From the NCBI GenBank assembly GCA_016212505.1, contig JACRGB010000003.1, positions 27,561 to 91,560 on the forward strand: a DNA stretch of 64,000 nucleotides. The letters run 5' to 3'. Shown here piece after piece: positions 1-9,857 of this stretch. This stretch comes from Candidatus Micrarchaeota archaeon. Its GTDB lineage: Archaea > Micrarchaeota > Micrarchaeia > Anstonellales > Bilamarchaeaceae. The notes under the pieces were generated by a model. The model was given only the letters and a program-made list of their open reading frames with translations. It was not told the DNA's origin and did no database searches. The translations under genes and the position numbers were made by a program. Position 1 is the stretch's first letter; every line of letters starts with the position of its first letter.

Positions 1-1246
1 TGCACCAAACCCACAAGTTCCATTTTTTTATTGCTGCGCCAGGCATTGGAGCAATTGGAATAACTTCGGTAAATGCCAAGCCCGAAGCTATTGCTATGAA
101 TACTTGTAAAATTTTATCTGGTGATTCCAAATTAATGAAAAAGATAATTACTGCGAGTAGCATTGTTATGAAAGTTATTGAAAACTTCATAAGCGCTAGT
201 TTCTTTTGATTCTCAGTATTTGCTTCTTCTAGTTCATAACCAGTAGTCTGCAAAGTATTTCCCAAAACTGCAGATACCAAACAAATGCCGCAGCCTTCTT
301 TCCATAAGCTAAATACCGATTTCAGCTTGAAGAAGCGCTCGAACAAAAATCGTATGACAGTCCTTAAAGAAAAAAGGGCTCCTGCGAAAATGATTGCATA
401 AAAAAGGATCTCAAAATCGACCTCCAGCCCAGTGAATGCATATGATACTGCAATACCATACACTAATGTGGCAATCAAAAGACCCAAGATCTCTTTCAAA
501 CGGATTGTAAAACCAAACTTGTTTGCATGTTCGGCAACTTCTTCAATGGATGTTTTTTCTTTTGCTTTTGACTTGAGAAAACCTGCAGAATACACTTTTA
601 GAAAAGTACCGGATATGATCAGAATATTGGGCCAAAGTAAAAGTAATGCTGAGGATATTGCACTGGCTACAAGAGGAACATAATCGGGTGAAAGACCCAA
701 AGTAACTAGGGGAGATTTATGCCGGGCCTGCATTTTTATGTTTTTATAACCTCTTAAGTCAGAGAAAATAACTACAGTCTGACCAGAACGAAGGGTAGTT
801 GATTTTACTAGAAAAGAATTAGATCTGGCAGTGTTATTGAAGATTAGATCTTTTTTGGTTATTTGTTCAGTTATACTGTTCTTATTCGGCCCACCTACCA
901 ATATAATGACTTTTTTAGATTTTAGCAATTCTTCAAGATGTACAGATTTTGCAGTTATTGCCTTTACGGAGTTTAAAATAGGATACTTCTTTTTGGCAGA
1001 AGATAATAGCTCTTGTTCCATTATGCTAATTTCTTCGCCCTTTACGATTATCATTTGCTGCTCAGCAACCGATTTGGTTATCTCTCGTTCGCCAAGCGTG
1101 TCTTTTATTTGGTTAAAAATTATACTCAAATTTTTATTGAAAGCCGGGCTAAATTTCAACACACCATCAGAAGTGACATTTTCTGCTGCATAGCTAAGAG
1201 TTAGCAGTATAGAAAAAATAAAGGTTAGGATAAGTATAAGTCGCAT
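1..1246 (-). CDS. Secreted/membrane protein, partial (C-terminus beyond window); tandem paralog of 1283..2611
   Basis: Reverse-strand translation from ATG at 1246 gives MRLILILTFIFSILLTLSYAAEN... (signal peptide). A soluble region follows, then a hydrophobic C-terminal region with ...FLKVYSAGFLKSKAKEK..FGFTIRLKEILGLLIATLVYGIAVSYAF. This is clearly homologous to the downstream 442-aa ORF, and shared DNA stretches occur at ~196-300 vs ~1555-1660. The frame stays open to the window edge. Confidence 0.55.
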   Translation of the reverse strand, partial: MRLILILTFIFSILLTLSYAAENVTSDGVLKFSPAFNKNLSIIFNQIKDTLGEREITKSVAEQQMIIVKGEEISIMEQELLSSAKKKYPILNSVKAITAKSVHLEELLKSKKVIILVGGPNKNSITEQITKKDLIFNNTARSNSFLVKSTTLRSGQTVVIFSDLRGYKNIKMQARHKSPLVTLGLSPDYVPLVASAISSALLLLWPNILIISGTFLKVYSAGFLKSKAKEKTSIEEVAEHANKFGFTIRLKEILGLLIATLVYGIAVSYAFTGLEVDFEILFYAIIFAGALFSLRTVIRFLFERFFKLKSVFSLWKEGCGICLVSAVLGNTLQTTGYELEEANTENQKKLALMKFSITFITMLLAVIIFFINLESPDKILQVFIAIASGLAFTEVIPIAPMPGAAIKKWNLWVWC

Positions 1247-1282
1247 TTGGATACGTAGCATTTGGCTTCTCCCTCATCTTGA

Positions 1283-2611
1283 TTACAGATAGAAGTTTAT
1301 CAGGAAATAAGTCGGAACGATTAGCAAAAACAACAAGATCCAGATTATCCAGTTCCATTTTTTTATCGACACTCCTGGCATAGGCTTTATTGGCATTATC
1401 TCAGTAAGTGCAAGACCTGAGGCAATCATCCTAAATAGTTGTAGTGTCTTAGTCGGGTGAACAAAATTCGCAACAAAAAGTGCTATCCCGAGCACCATAG
1501 TTATCAGAATAATAAATGCCTTCATTTTTGCAAGCTTGCCTTGGTTTTCAGGAGTGGCATCTTCAAGTTCATAGCCAGTAGTCTGTAAAGTATTTCCTAA
1601 AATCGCGGATATCCAGCAAATTCCGCAGCCACTTTTCCATACGTGGAACTCGGATCTTAGTTTGTATATGCGCTCAAACAGCATCCGCATAAGGGTCCTT
1701 GCGTAGTATAGAATTGTTGCAAATGCGATTGCATAAAAAACAAGAAGAAAATCAATTTTGAATCCCTTAAATGTATATGACACTGCTAAACCATATACTA
1801 TTGCACCTATTACAAGCGCAACAAACTCCCTTAAGCGAATGGTAAATCCAAGGATTTTGGTGCCTTTATCAATCAGTTCGGATGGTTTTTTTCCTTCTTT
1901 TGCTTTTGATTTAAGGAAGCCTGCAGCATAAACTTTTAGAAAACCAGTAAGCGCAGTAAGCAGATTCGGTAAAAATGCGAGCAATACGAGCGAAACCGCA
2001 GTAGCAACAGGAGGGACATATTTTGGAGGAATGCCTAAAGCAACCAAGGGCGAATTTTCAATCCCTTCCATCCGCATATTTTCATAGCCTTTTAGGTCGG
2101 ACAATACAAGAACATCTGCGCCGTGCTTGATCCGGAACATTTTCACTATTCCAACATTAGGAAGTTCTGCCACATAAGTAACTTCTTCGTGCTGCTCAAC
2201 ATAATCGGTTATTTTGTTTTGGCTCGGTCCACCAATTAAGATCAAGGTAGTATTTGACTGTTTTATGATTTCACTTGGAACAACTGAACCCACAGTAACT
2301 TCGGTAAATTGGTTAAAAACCGGATAACTATTTTTAGCAAAAGAAAACAGCTGTTTTTCGGTAAGGGTGGATCCTTCACCTCGGATTATTATTCCCTGAT
2401 ATTTGCTAGGAAGAGTGAGATTAGAAGGAAAGTTTTCATTTATAATATTATACATTTGGGTTAGGTTTTTGGAAAATTCAGGGTTGCTCTTCAAAGCATC
2501 TGAAATAAATGGCAAATCTTCTGCGCCGGCTGCATAAACAAAAGTAGTAAGGCTGATCATACCGAGCAGGAGAAAAAGGAAAAGCATCGAAAATACAGAT
2601 GTTACTTTCAT
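1283..2611 (-). CDS. Membrane protein with N-terminal signal peptide, extracytoplasmic domain and C-terminal polytopic domain (unknown function)
   Basis: 442-aa ORF. N-terminus MKVTSVFSMLFLFLLLGMISLTTFVYAAG is signal-peptide-like. Several predicted TM helices lie in the C-terminal half. Paralogous to the partial gene at 1..1246. Confidence 0.6.
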   Translation of the reverse strand: MKVTSVFSMLFLFLLLGMISLTTFVYAAGAEDLPFISDALKSNPEFSKNLTQMYNIINENFPSNLTLPSKYQGIIIRGEGSTLTEKQLFSFAKNSYPVFNQFTEVTVGSVVPSEIIKQSNTTLILIGGPSQNKITDYVEQHEEVTYVAELPNVGIVKMFRIKHGADVLVLSDLKGYENMRMEGIENSPLVALGIPPKYVPPVATAVSLVLLAFLPNLLTALTGFLKVYAAGFLKSKAKEGKKPSELIDKGTKILGFTIRLREFVALVIGAIVYGLAVSYTFKGFKIDFLLVFYAIAFATILYYARTLMRMLFERIYKLRSEFHVWKSGCGICWISAILGNTLQTTGYELEDATPENQGKLAKMKAFIILITMVLGIALFVANFVHPTKTLQLFRMIASGLALTEIMPIKPMPGVSIKKWNWIIWILLFLLIVPTYFLINFYL

Positions 2612-2657
2612 CGTTTGCTATTCACCGGTTGAATTATTAAAAAGGTTTGGATTTTCA

Positions 2658-4859
2658 TTATGCAGCTTCAGCAACTAGATGAGTTTCTTCATAGAGTTCA
2701 AATACAAATGGGTAGAGCGGTTTGGTATGGAGCTGGGAATCTATAACGCGCCAGTCTAGGGCAGGTTTTTTTGTATGAGCTTTGGGCTTTCTCATAGACG
2801 TAACAGCATGAGAAAGTTTCACTATTTCAGCTATAAGATCCAAAGCATCACCTTCGAGATTAGGTATTCTTACATTTACCTGGCCCAAATTAATATGTTC
2901 CATTACCTTCAGAGTATCAGAAGAAAATACAGGAGCCTCTCCTCGAGCTTCCATTTCTGAGTTTATTTCCTGAAGAAGAGTTCTTGATTCATTGTCCAAT
3001 CGCAATAATTTCTTTCTTATTTCAATATCGTCGTGTCTAAAATCTGCAAACTGTTTAGCTGAAAGCATTGCTATGAAATCTAGCCGCTCGGCCCGATTTT
3101 CCTCTCCGTTATCCATGATTAAGTTAAGAAGGCCGATATCGGAAAGAAGGGCAGGCAAGACAACATTATCAGCAATAAAATTTTGTAGTTTGTCTTGGTC
3201 AAAACCAATTATTTTTGTCGCATCATTTGGATCCACTTTGTAAAGTCCCCTTTGAATAAGATCACCTACTACTTTTGCCAAAAACCGGTCTTGTGGGGCT
3301 TCATTCATCAGTTTCTCCAAAGTGTATAGAGTCACTGCAGTTGCCCTGCAGGCAGCCTCATAAGGGAGTGTGGGGGAACCAGAAATCTGAGCCACATTCA
3401 TGGCATATAAAAATGCACTTAAATTGAAATCAGTTTTTGGTGAGATCCCATAGGCCCTTGCAACAGCGGTAACAAAGGAAGTAACATTTGCGCTATGCAA
3501 GATTTTTTGAGTTTGCGAAGCTCTTGGAATTGCATCATCATCCTCTTCTAGCGGCTTCTTGCCAATGATCTCGCACATGCCGTCAAAATCGTCTTTTGAA
3601 AGGCCTTTAGTCTTCAGTTTAAGTAATTGCTTGTATTTTTCAGCAGAGTAAAGGCTTTCTACAGCTGACTCACGCTCAACTATTTGATTCTCTAAAAGGT
3701 CAGGCCAAGTTGAACCAATATAAGAAAGAAGCTTTACTTTTGCATGCCAGTATGCCAGCATTTTGGTCTTAAAAGGTTGGTCGGTTTTGCTAAAGTAAGG
3801 TTCCCCAACATTCGGGTCTTCGAAACAACCTTTTAAAATTCGATAAAGTGCTATAAGTCGGGCAAGAGTTTCAAATTTCTCAAGAGCTTCAACAGAATTT
3901 GCTGGTTTTGAAGATTGTCCTCCAAGTTTTGCTTCTAGCTCTTCAACTTCCCTAAATACTTCTTCGCCAATTTTTAATGGTTTGAGTTTAAAATAAGGCC
4001 GAAGCAGCTCTGCACCACGGGCATTGACAACAAGACCCATACGCTCAGGCAAACCATTCATTCTTGCGGCATGATTCATAAGATTGCAAATTGCTGTCGG
4101 TTTAATTGGATTATCATTTATTCCAACCTGCAAATCTTCCTTATCTCCAACTGCCATAGATCCGCGAATTTCTAGTTTTATATATTTGGATCCACCGAAT
4201 TGCCTATTTTCCATTTCAACAAGATGATTGTGGGTCCTAAAAAGATCCCTCAGAGTCACAAGGAACCTTGCAGATTCAATTGCACTTAATTTGATATTAT
4301 CATTAGGGGCTTTTGATACAAAACTTACAGCATCACCTATGAGTGTATCGGTTATGATTCTAAATGGAGCCATTGCTACCATAAAGTAAAGATGCATCAG
4401 CCTAACTGTTGGATCCAGCTGCTCTTTTGATTTTCCATGTGCATTTCCAGTTGAACCAGATTGATCAACAAAAATGCAAGCGCCAGGAAACTCAAGTTTG
4501 GCAAAATCTTCTTTCACATATTCTTCTATAGATTTAAAGAAATTAAGATCAATGCAGTCTAGAGTTTTTTCAAGCCGATAAACGAATTCTGCAACTGGAG
4601 AATCAATGCCATGCAAGCACCTTGGAATTCGCTCTTCCCTGTTCCAAGTTGAAAGATTAATCATATCAAGTGGAGAGGTACTAAAAAAGCGCCTCACATG
4701 ATCCTTTTCGCCTTCACTAGCCATATTATGGATACTTTCGTATAATGCATTTACCTTAGTCCGGTCTATGAAAGGCGCCCTTACTCCCCCTGACCAGGGA
4801 GGCGAACGTTGTTCAAATTGTTTAGGATCTAGCTTAAATGTAGCAGCACGCATCAACAA
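2658..4859 (-). CDS. Large cytoplasmic protein with a class III nucleotidyl cyclase-like (palm) domain near the N-terminus; rest unknown
   Basis: 733-aa ORF with no TM segments. Residues ~125-290 carry ACIFVDQSGSTGN (F-x-D-x-x-G-x-T), LIGDAVSFV (GD-A), IKLEIRGSMAVGD (R-x-G..G) and VNARGAELL. The order and spacing resemble the adenylyl/guanylyl cyclase catalytic core. Not a confirmed family assignment. Confidence 0.45.
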   Translation of the reverse strand: MLMRAATFKLDPKQFEQRSPPWSGGVRAPFIDRTKVNALYESIHNMASEGEKDHVRRFFSTSPLDMINLSTWNREERIPRCLHGIDSPVAEFVYRLEKTLDCIDLNFFKSIEEYVKEDFAKLEFPGACIFVDQSGSTGNAHGKSKEQLDPTVRLMHLYFMVAMAPFRIITDTLIGDAVSFVSKAPNDNIKLSAIESARFLVTLRDLFRTHNHLVEMENRQFGGSKYIKLEIRGSMAVGDKEDLQVGINDNPIKPTAICNLMNHAARMNGLPERMGLVVNARGAELLRPYFKLKPLKIGEEVFREVEELEAKLGGQSSKPANSVEALEKFETLARLIALYRILKGCFEDPNVGEPYFSKTDQPFKTKMLAYWHAKVKLLSYIGSTWPDLLENQIVERESAVESLYSAEKYKQLLKLKTKGLSKDDFDGMCEIIGKKPLEEDDDAIPRASQTQKILHSANVTSFVTAVARAYGISPKTDFNLSAFLYAMNVAQISGSPTLPYEAACRATAVTLYTLEKLMNEAPQDRFLAKVVGDLIQRGLYKVDPNDATKIIGFDQDKLQNFIADNVVLPALLSDIGLLNLIMDNGEENRAERLDFIAMLSAKQFADFRHDDIEIRKKLLRLDNESRTLLQEINSEMEARGEAPVFSSDTLKVMEHINLGQVNVRIPNLEGDALDLIAEIVKLSHAVTSMRKPKAHTKKPALDWRVIDSQLHTKPLYPFVFELYEETHLVAEAA

Positions 4860-4967
4860 AAAATCTACTTCCGGAAATTTACCTCTTCCACCTGCTGAAT
4901 AATATAACGAGGAATTTATAAAACTGCACTTTCTAACACTAAAAGGGAAAACCCACCGCCATTATGC

Positions 4968-5348
4968 TTATTTTGGCTGGGTTTTTTCGATATTTTCAAT
5001 AAACTGGATTAGTTTTGTTAAAGTTTCTTCGCTCAACTGATGCTCCAGATAGCATGCATCCATAAACGCGGTTTTAGGAGATACACCGGCCATGTCGAAC
5101 AATTTAAGAAAAACCTGGTAGCGGCTCTTTAAGGCAGACGCACTCTGTTTGCCTTGCTCAGTTAGTGTTACTGCACCATGCTTCTCATAATTAACAAGGC
5201 CCTGCTTTGCTAATTTCTGGAGCATTTGGGTAACACTTGGCGGCGAGATATCGAGTGTAGTTGATATGTCTTTTGGCCGCGCATAGCCTTTTCGCTCGAT
5301 TATTTCGTAAATTACGCGAAGATAATTTTCAGAAGTCCGGGAAAGCAT
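4968..5348 (-). CDS. DtxR/MntR-family metal-dependent transcriptional repressor
   Basis: 126 aa with an N-terminal wHTH (ENYLRVIYEIIERKGYARPKDISTTLDISPPSVTQMLQKLAKQGLV). The dimerisation region carries metal-binding-type residues. Typical size for MntR. Confidence 0.85.
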   Translation of the reverse strand: MLSRTSENYLRVIYEIIERKGYARPKDISTTLDISPPSVTQMLQKLAKQGLVNYEKHGAVTLTEQGKQSASALKSRYQVFLKLFDMAGVSPKTAFMDACYLEHQLSEETLTKLIQFIENIEKTQPK

Positions 5349-5456
5349 AGTTATGTTTAATAGTTAAAAGAATTTATAACCTTAGTCCAAATCTTGCCGA
5401 TGGGGTTATAAATCTCGTCTACAATAGATAGTTCCACTATTTCTAAGAGGGGCTTT

Positions 5457-7493
5457 ATGGAGGTAGACCTTTCAGCATCAATATCTGCATTCACTGATTT
5501 CTTCACTACTACTTATAAGGCTAAGATCGACCATCTTGCAACCATATACCCAAAACAGCGAAGTTTGGTGGTCGATTATTCGGATTTGGAAAAGTTCGAC
5601 CCGGACCTATCAGACGCGCTAATCAAAACTCCGGAGCTGATAATCGACGCAGCAGAGGAGTCAATAAAAAAATTAAATCTCTCGATTGCAACTGGGGCGG
5701 TGTTTGCACCCCATATCCGGTTCAGTAACCTGCCCACAGAAGATATGCTGATTGAGCAGGTCAGTTCGAAAAACATCAAGGAGTTCGTTGCATTTAAGGG
5801 AGTGGTAACTAAACGCGCGGAAATAATGCACCGGACCAAGGTTGCACTATTCAAATGCACCTTATGCGATAGCGAGATCAAGTTGTTTGTGGGAAGAAAT
5901 TTCACCCCACCAAAAAGATGCGACAGCTGCGGAAAATTCGCCTTAAAGCAGATGGAAGAGGAAAGCACTTACACTGACATCCAAAGGGCAGAGGTGCAGG
6001 AATTGCTAGAGCGCGTAAAAGGCGGGGCACCGGCAGCGCATATTGAATTGTTGCTAGAGGATGATCTGGTCAATAGTTTGGCCCCAGGAGACAATGTTGA
6101 AATTGCTGGTATACTCCGGCTAAAGCCGCCGATGAAAATGCGCCAGAAGCAGGATATGATTTACAGCCGCTATATTGAGGTAAACAGCATAACGAGCATG
6201 AGGAAAGATTTTGAAGAAATTGAAATAACCAAGGAAGAGGAAAGGCGGTTTAAGGAAATGGGTAACGATCCTAAAATAACAGAAACGATAGTAAATTCCA
6301 TAGCGCCTTCGATTTATGGCCATTACGAAGTAAAAAAAGCCCTGGCACTCCAATTATTTGGAGGAACCCATGGAAAAACCATGCGTGGCGGAATGACGAT
6401 CCGAGATGATATCCATATTTTGCTTATTGGAGACCCAGGTTCTGCAAAATCCAGGTGCCTGCAAAGTGTTTCTGAAATAGCACCAAAGTCGATTTATGTA
6501 AGCGGAAAATCAGTCAGCTCGGCCGGGCTCACGGTTGCGGCGGAAAAAGACGAATTAGGCGAAGGAGGCTGGACTCTAAAGGCAGGTGCTCTTGTTCTTG
6601 CGAGCGGCGGAACTGCACAAATTGATGAGTTTGATAAGATAGAAGATGAGGATCGTGCAGCCCTTCATGAGGCAATGGAATCGCAATCGATCAGTGTGGC
6701 AAAGGCGGGAATTGTGGCAAAATTTCGGACAAAAACCGCAATACTTGCAGCAGCAAACCCAAAATACGGAAGGTTTGACCAGACAAAAAATCTGGCAGAG
6801 CAGTTTGAAATCCCTCCAACGCTTCTTTCAAGGTTTGATTTGATTTTCCCGATAGTAGATGTACTAGATGAAGAAAAGGATGCAAAACTGGCAGACCACA
6901 TACTATCTACCCATATGGGAAAGGAAAAAATTGAAACAGAGTCAGTGGATAAGGACATTTTGAGAAAATATATCGCATATGCAAGGAGAAAAATTTTCCC
7001 AAAGCTTATGCCCGCAGCTTCTGAAAAAATAAAGCAGTTCTATGTTGAATTAAGGGGCAGGAGCAAGGACTCTGGATCAGTTGCAATAACCCCAAGGTAC
7101 CTTGAAGGGCTGGTAAGATTAGCCGAAGCCCATGCGAAAATACACTTAAGTGAGACAGTGGAAGAAACAGACGCCGAAGTTGCGATTAACTTATTCAAAT
7201 ATGTCATGGGCCAGATCATGACCGATAAGGCAACCGGGATGTTTGATATCGATGTAGTTACTACTGGAAAACCGAAATCCGAGCGGGAAAAGCTCCAGAA
7301 AGCAGATACCATCCTTGAAATTATCCGCGAGCATTTACGGACAAAGGACAGTGCCCCAGTTGAAGAAGTCATTGGCGATGCTAAAAGCTATGATATTGAT
7401 GAACCTAGCGCAAGAAGGATCATTTCTGAATTACTAAGGCGCGGGGTAGTTTACGAAAAGGAATACGGGCATATAAAGATTGTTGGGGAATGA
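5457..7493 (+). CDS. mcm: MCM replicative helicase
   Basis: 678 aa. Zinc motif CTLCDSE..CDSCGKF. Walker A ILLIGDPGSAKS, Walker B AQIDEFDKI, sensor/arginine finger region ALHEAMESQSISVAKAGI..LLSRFDLIF. No intein. Confidence 0.95.
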   Translation: MEVDLSASISAFTDFFTTTYKAKIDHLATIYPKQRSLVVDYSDLEKFDPDLSDALIKTPELIIDAAEESIKKLNLSIATGAVFAPHIRFSNLPTEDMLIEQVSSKNIKEFVAFKGVVTKRAEIMHRTKVALFKCTLCDSEIKLFVGRNFTPPKRCDSCGKFALKQMEEESTYTDIQRAEVQELLERVKGGAPAAHIELLLEDDLVNSLAPGDNVEIAGILRLKPPMKMRQKQDMIYSRYIEVNSITSMRKDFEEIEITKEEERRFKEMGNDPKITETIVNSIAPSIYGHYEVKKALALQLFGGTHGKTMRGGMTIRDDIHILLIGDPGSAKSRCLQSVSEIAPKSIYVSGKSVSSAGLTVAAEKDELGEGGWTLKAGALVLASGGTAQIDEFDKIEDEDRAALHEAMESQSISVAKAGIVAKFRTKTAILAAANPKYGRFDQTKNLAEQFEIPPTLLSRFDLIFPIVDVLDEEKDAKLADHILSTHMGKEKIETESVDKDILRKYIAYARRKIFPKLMPAASEKIKQFYVELRGRSKDSGSVAITPRYLEGLVRLAEAHAKIHLSETVEETDAEVAINLFKYVMGQIMTDKATGMFDIDVVTTGKPKSEREKLQKADTILEIIREHLRTKDSAPVEEVIGDAKSYDIDEPSARRIISELLRRGVVYEKEYGHIKIVGE

Positions 7494-7551
7494 AGTAATT
7501 GAATAAACTACATTTATAAGCGATAAAGAATACTGGTTAGTTAGTGAATTT

Positions 7552-8391
7552 ATGATACGCCCAACTACAATGATCATAATATTTTTTGTTATTGCCCAGC
7601 TTCTTGGAATTTATGTCGGTTCCGTAATAATCAAAGATGTCAATAGCAATCCATATGTCAGCAGCATGGTAGTTACATCGGATGCAAATGATGCATCCAA
7701 CGCAATAGTTTTTATGCTCTACATTCTTTTGGGCGCAGTAATGATGATAGTGCTCATAAAATTCAAATTGCCCGCAATAATTCTTAGGGTAATGGAATTT
7801 CTCCTTATTGCAAGCGCAAGCTCGATAGTTTTCTACGCATTTTTCAGGATATTTACCGGCTATGACATAAGCACGACTGCAGGAATAATTTTTGGGTTAG
7901 TTTTTTCTGGAGTGCGGATAGCACTACCATACCTGAAGAATGCCGCGGCCATACTTGCAACTGCAGGAGTTGGGGTCATTTTCGGAATTTCGTTAGGCGT
8001 GCTTCCTGCTCTTGTTTTCCTGATCCTCCTTGCAATTTATGATTTTCTTGCGGTCTTTATCACAAAGCATATGGTTGAGATGGCGAAATTTGTTGTTGAA
8101 AAGGATTTGGCATTTACAATAACTGCAAAATCGCCAAGTGCGGTCCCTGGCAAAAAAGAAGACCGGATTGATTTGGGAACTGGTGATATGATTGCACCAA
8201 TAATGCTCGAGGTTTCAGTACTTAGCTGGAACCCAATTGCAGCATTATTTGTATTTGTCGGTGCATCAGTTTCTTTGCTGTTATTTTTGAATTTGGTCTG
8301 GAAGAAGAAAATGGTTTTGCCAGCGCTTCCGCCGATTGTTGCTGGAATGATTGTTGCGCTCGTGATCGGATTTGTAGTTAAGGCGTTTTAG
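7552..8391 (+). CDS. Presenilin/signal-peptide-peptidase-like intramembrane aspartyl protease (A22 family homolog)
   Basis: 279 aa, polytopic. Catalytic signature motifs appear in order: LAIYDFLAVFI (YD), IDLGTGDMIAPI (GxGD) and LPALPP (PAL). Confidence 0.7.
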   Translation: MIRPTTMIIIFFVIAQLLGIYVGSVIIKDVNSNPYVSSMVVTSDANDASNAIVFMLYILLGAVMMIVLIKFKLPAIILRVMEFLLIASASSIVFYAFFRIFTGYDISTTAGIIFGLVFSGVRIALPYLKNAAAILATAGVGVIFGISLGVLPALVFLILLAIYDFLAVFITKHMVEMAKFVVEKDLAFTITAKSPSAVPGKKEDRIDLGTGDMIAPIMLEVSVLSWNPIAALFVFVGASVSLLLFLNLVWKKKMVLPALPPIVAGMIVALVIGFVVKAF

Positions 8392-9413
8392 GGTTTTGAT
8401 ATGAGCAAATCCAAAACAACCTGAACTTTCGATGGAGAATAAGGCCGAACGACTCTTTTATGTTGTATTTCAATTCGCACGCCAGATTCTTTTGCTTTTT
8501 GCTCTGCTTTTTCTATTGCTTCCTCAAACGCTTTATATGAGCTAACTATTGTGTAGAAATGGATTATACCGCTGTCTTTAATCAGCTCAAAAGCAACATC
8601 AAGAAAATCTTCTGCACTTTTTGGAAGTGGCATGAGTATTCTGTCAAAGAAGTTTCTATATTTTTTGTTTTGTGAAATGATTTGTCTGGCATCTCCTTCG
8701 ATTGGTTCGATATTCTTGAATTTGTTTAATTTTATGTTTTCGCGCAAGTAGAGTACTGCATCAGGATTCAATTCGTTTGCAAAAATCCTTGCCTCTGGGT
8801 GTTCTTTGGCAATTGCAAAGGCAAATGGCCCAATTCCGGCAAAAAGAACAAGCACTTGCTCTTTATCGCTAACCAAATCAGCAATTCGTTTTCGCTCAGT
8901 TGCAAGCCGTGGCGAAAAATAAACTTTGGCAAGATCTAATTTCATCAGTACTCCATTTTCTTTGTAAATGGTTTTGGTTGTCTTAATGCCCGCAATACAC
9001 TCAAACCTGCGTACCCGAAACTCGCCTTCCATTGCACCAAGTTTTTTTAGCACAGTGTGGATGTTTTTGTGAACTCTGAGCAGGGCATCGCCTATTTGGT
9101 TTTCCTTAGCAACCAGTTCATCAGGAATTTCAACTATTGCAATGTCTCCAACAATATCAAATGAAGTTTTTAGGGAGGCTAATTGGTCAGATGAGAGGGT
9201 TTTGGAAAGCGCATCTTCCAGACTAAGTGGAATTTTTTCCCGTTTGCTAACCTTTCGTTCAACTAACTGGAAAGTTTTCCATTTTTTTGTTACAGGAAAA
9301 AGAATGAGTAAGTCTTCGGAAATAATCGGATAATCTGAAACAAAAAGTCCTTCTTCAATAAGTTCTTTCCTGACTTTTTCGCCTTTTGCTCTTGGAACTT
9401 TTAGGTATTTCAT
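8388..9413 (-). CDS. trm5: tRNA (guanine37-N1)-methyltransferase Trm5/Taw2 family
   Basis: 341 aa. Motifs FSPRLATERKRI, class I SAM fold LVLFAGIGPFAFAIA..ANELNPDAV and RILMPLPKSAEDFL (NLP-type motif), as in archaeal Trm5. Confidence 0.75.
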   Translation of the reverse strand: MKYLKVPRAKGEKVRKELIEEGLFVSDYPIISEDLLILFPVTKKWKTFQLVERKVSKREKIPLSLEDALSKTLSSDQLASLKTSFDIVGDIAIVEIPDELVAKENQIGDALLRVHKNIHTVLKKLGAMEGEFRVRRFECIAGIKTTKTIYKENGVLMKLDLAKVYFSPRLATERKRIADLVSDKEQVLVLFAGIGPFAFAIAKEHPEARIFANELNPDAVLYLRENIKLNKFKNIEPIEGDARQIISQNKKYRNFFDRILMPLPKSAEDFLDVAFELIKDSGIIHFYTIVSSYKAFEEAIEKAEQKAKESGVRIEIQHKRVVRPYSPSKVQVVLDLLISKP

Positions 9414-9434
9414 AACAAAATCACAGAAAATTGC

Positions 9435-9857
9435 TTAAACTTTTTTAAAAGGATTTATAACTTTTATTCCGGGAACTTTCTTGAAATCTTTTTCGTTTTC
9501 AGTAATTATGGTATCTATGTTGTTTGAATTCATAGTTGCAAGAATTAGTGCATCAAAAAAATGAACTTTATAAGTTTCAAAAAGATGATTGGCTTTTTTT
9601 ATCTCTTCAGTAGAATAAGAAACAACTGAAAAAGAAGATTGATAATCAGAAATTCTTTGGTTAATTTCATTAGCAGATAACTGAGTTCTGACTTGATTTG
9701 AAAACTCAGCCAAAACCTGAGTACTGACTACCCCTCCATTAGTTTGTTGAAGTTCTTTTGTAACTCTAATTGCTACTTCGTGTTTTTGAGGATCATCAAA
9801 ATCTTCCAAGTAGAGGAGCACATTAGTGTCTACGAATTTTTTCCATACGCTCGGCAT
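9435..9857 (-). CDS. vapC: PIN-domain toxin VapC
   Basis: 140 aa. FVDTNVLLY near the N-terminus and FDALILATM are PIN acidic-residue positions. Overlaps the upstream small ORF by 35 nt. Confidence 0.8.
   Translation of the reverse strand: MPSVWKKFVDTNVLLYLEDFDDPQKHEVAIRVTKELQQTNGGVVSTQVLAEFSNQVRTQLSANEINQRISDYQSSFSVVSYSTEEIKKANHLFETYKVHFFDALILATMNSNNIDTIITENEKDFKKVPGIKVINPFKKV

Noticed and set aside
5576-7372. Multiple antisense/overlapping ORFs inside mcm (5576..5968, 6120..6353, 6665..6958, 6691..6885, 7040..7372)
   Set aside because: They are embedded in a high-confidence MCM gene on the opposite strand or in alternative frames. Low-complexity translations.
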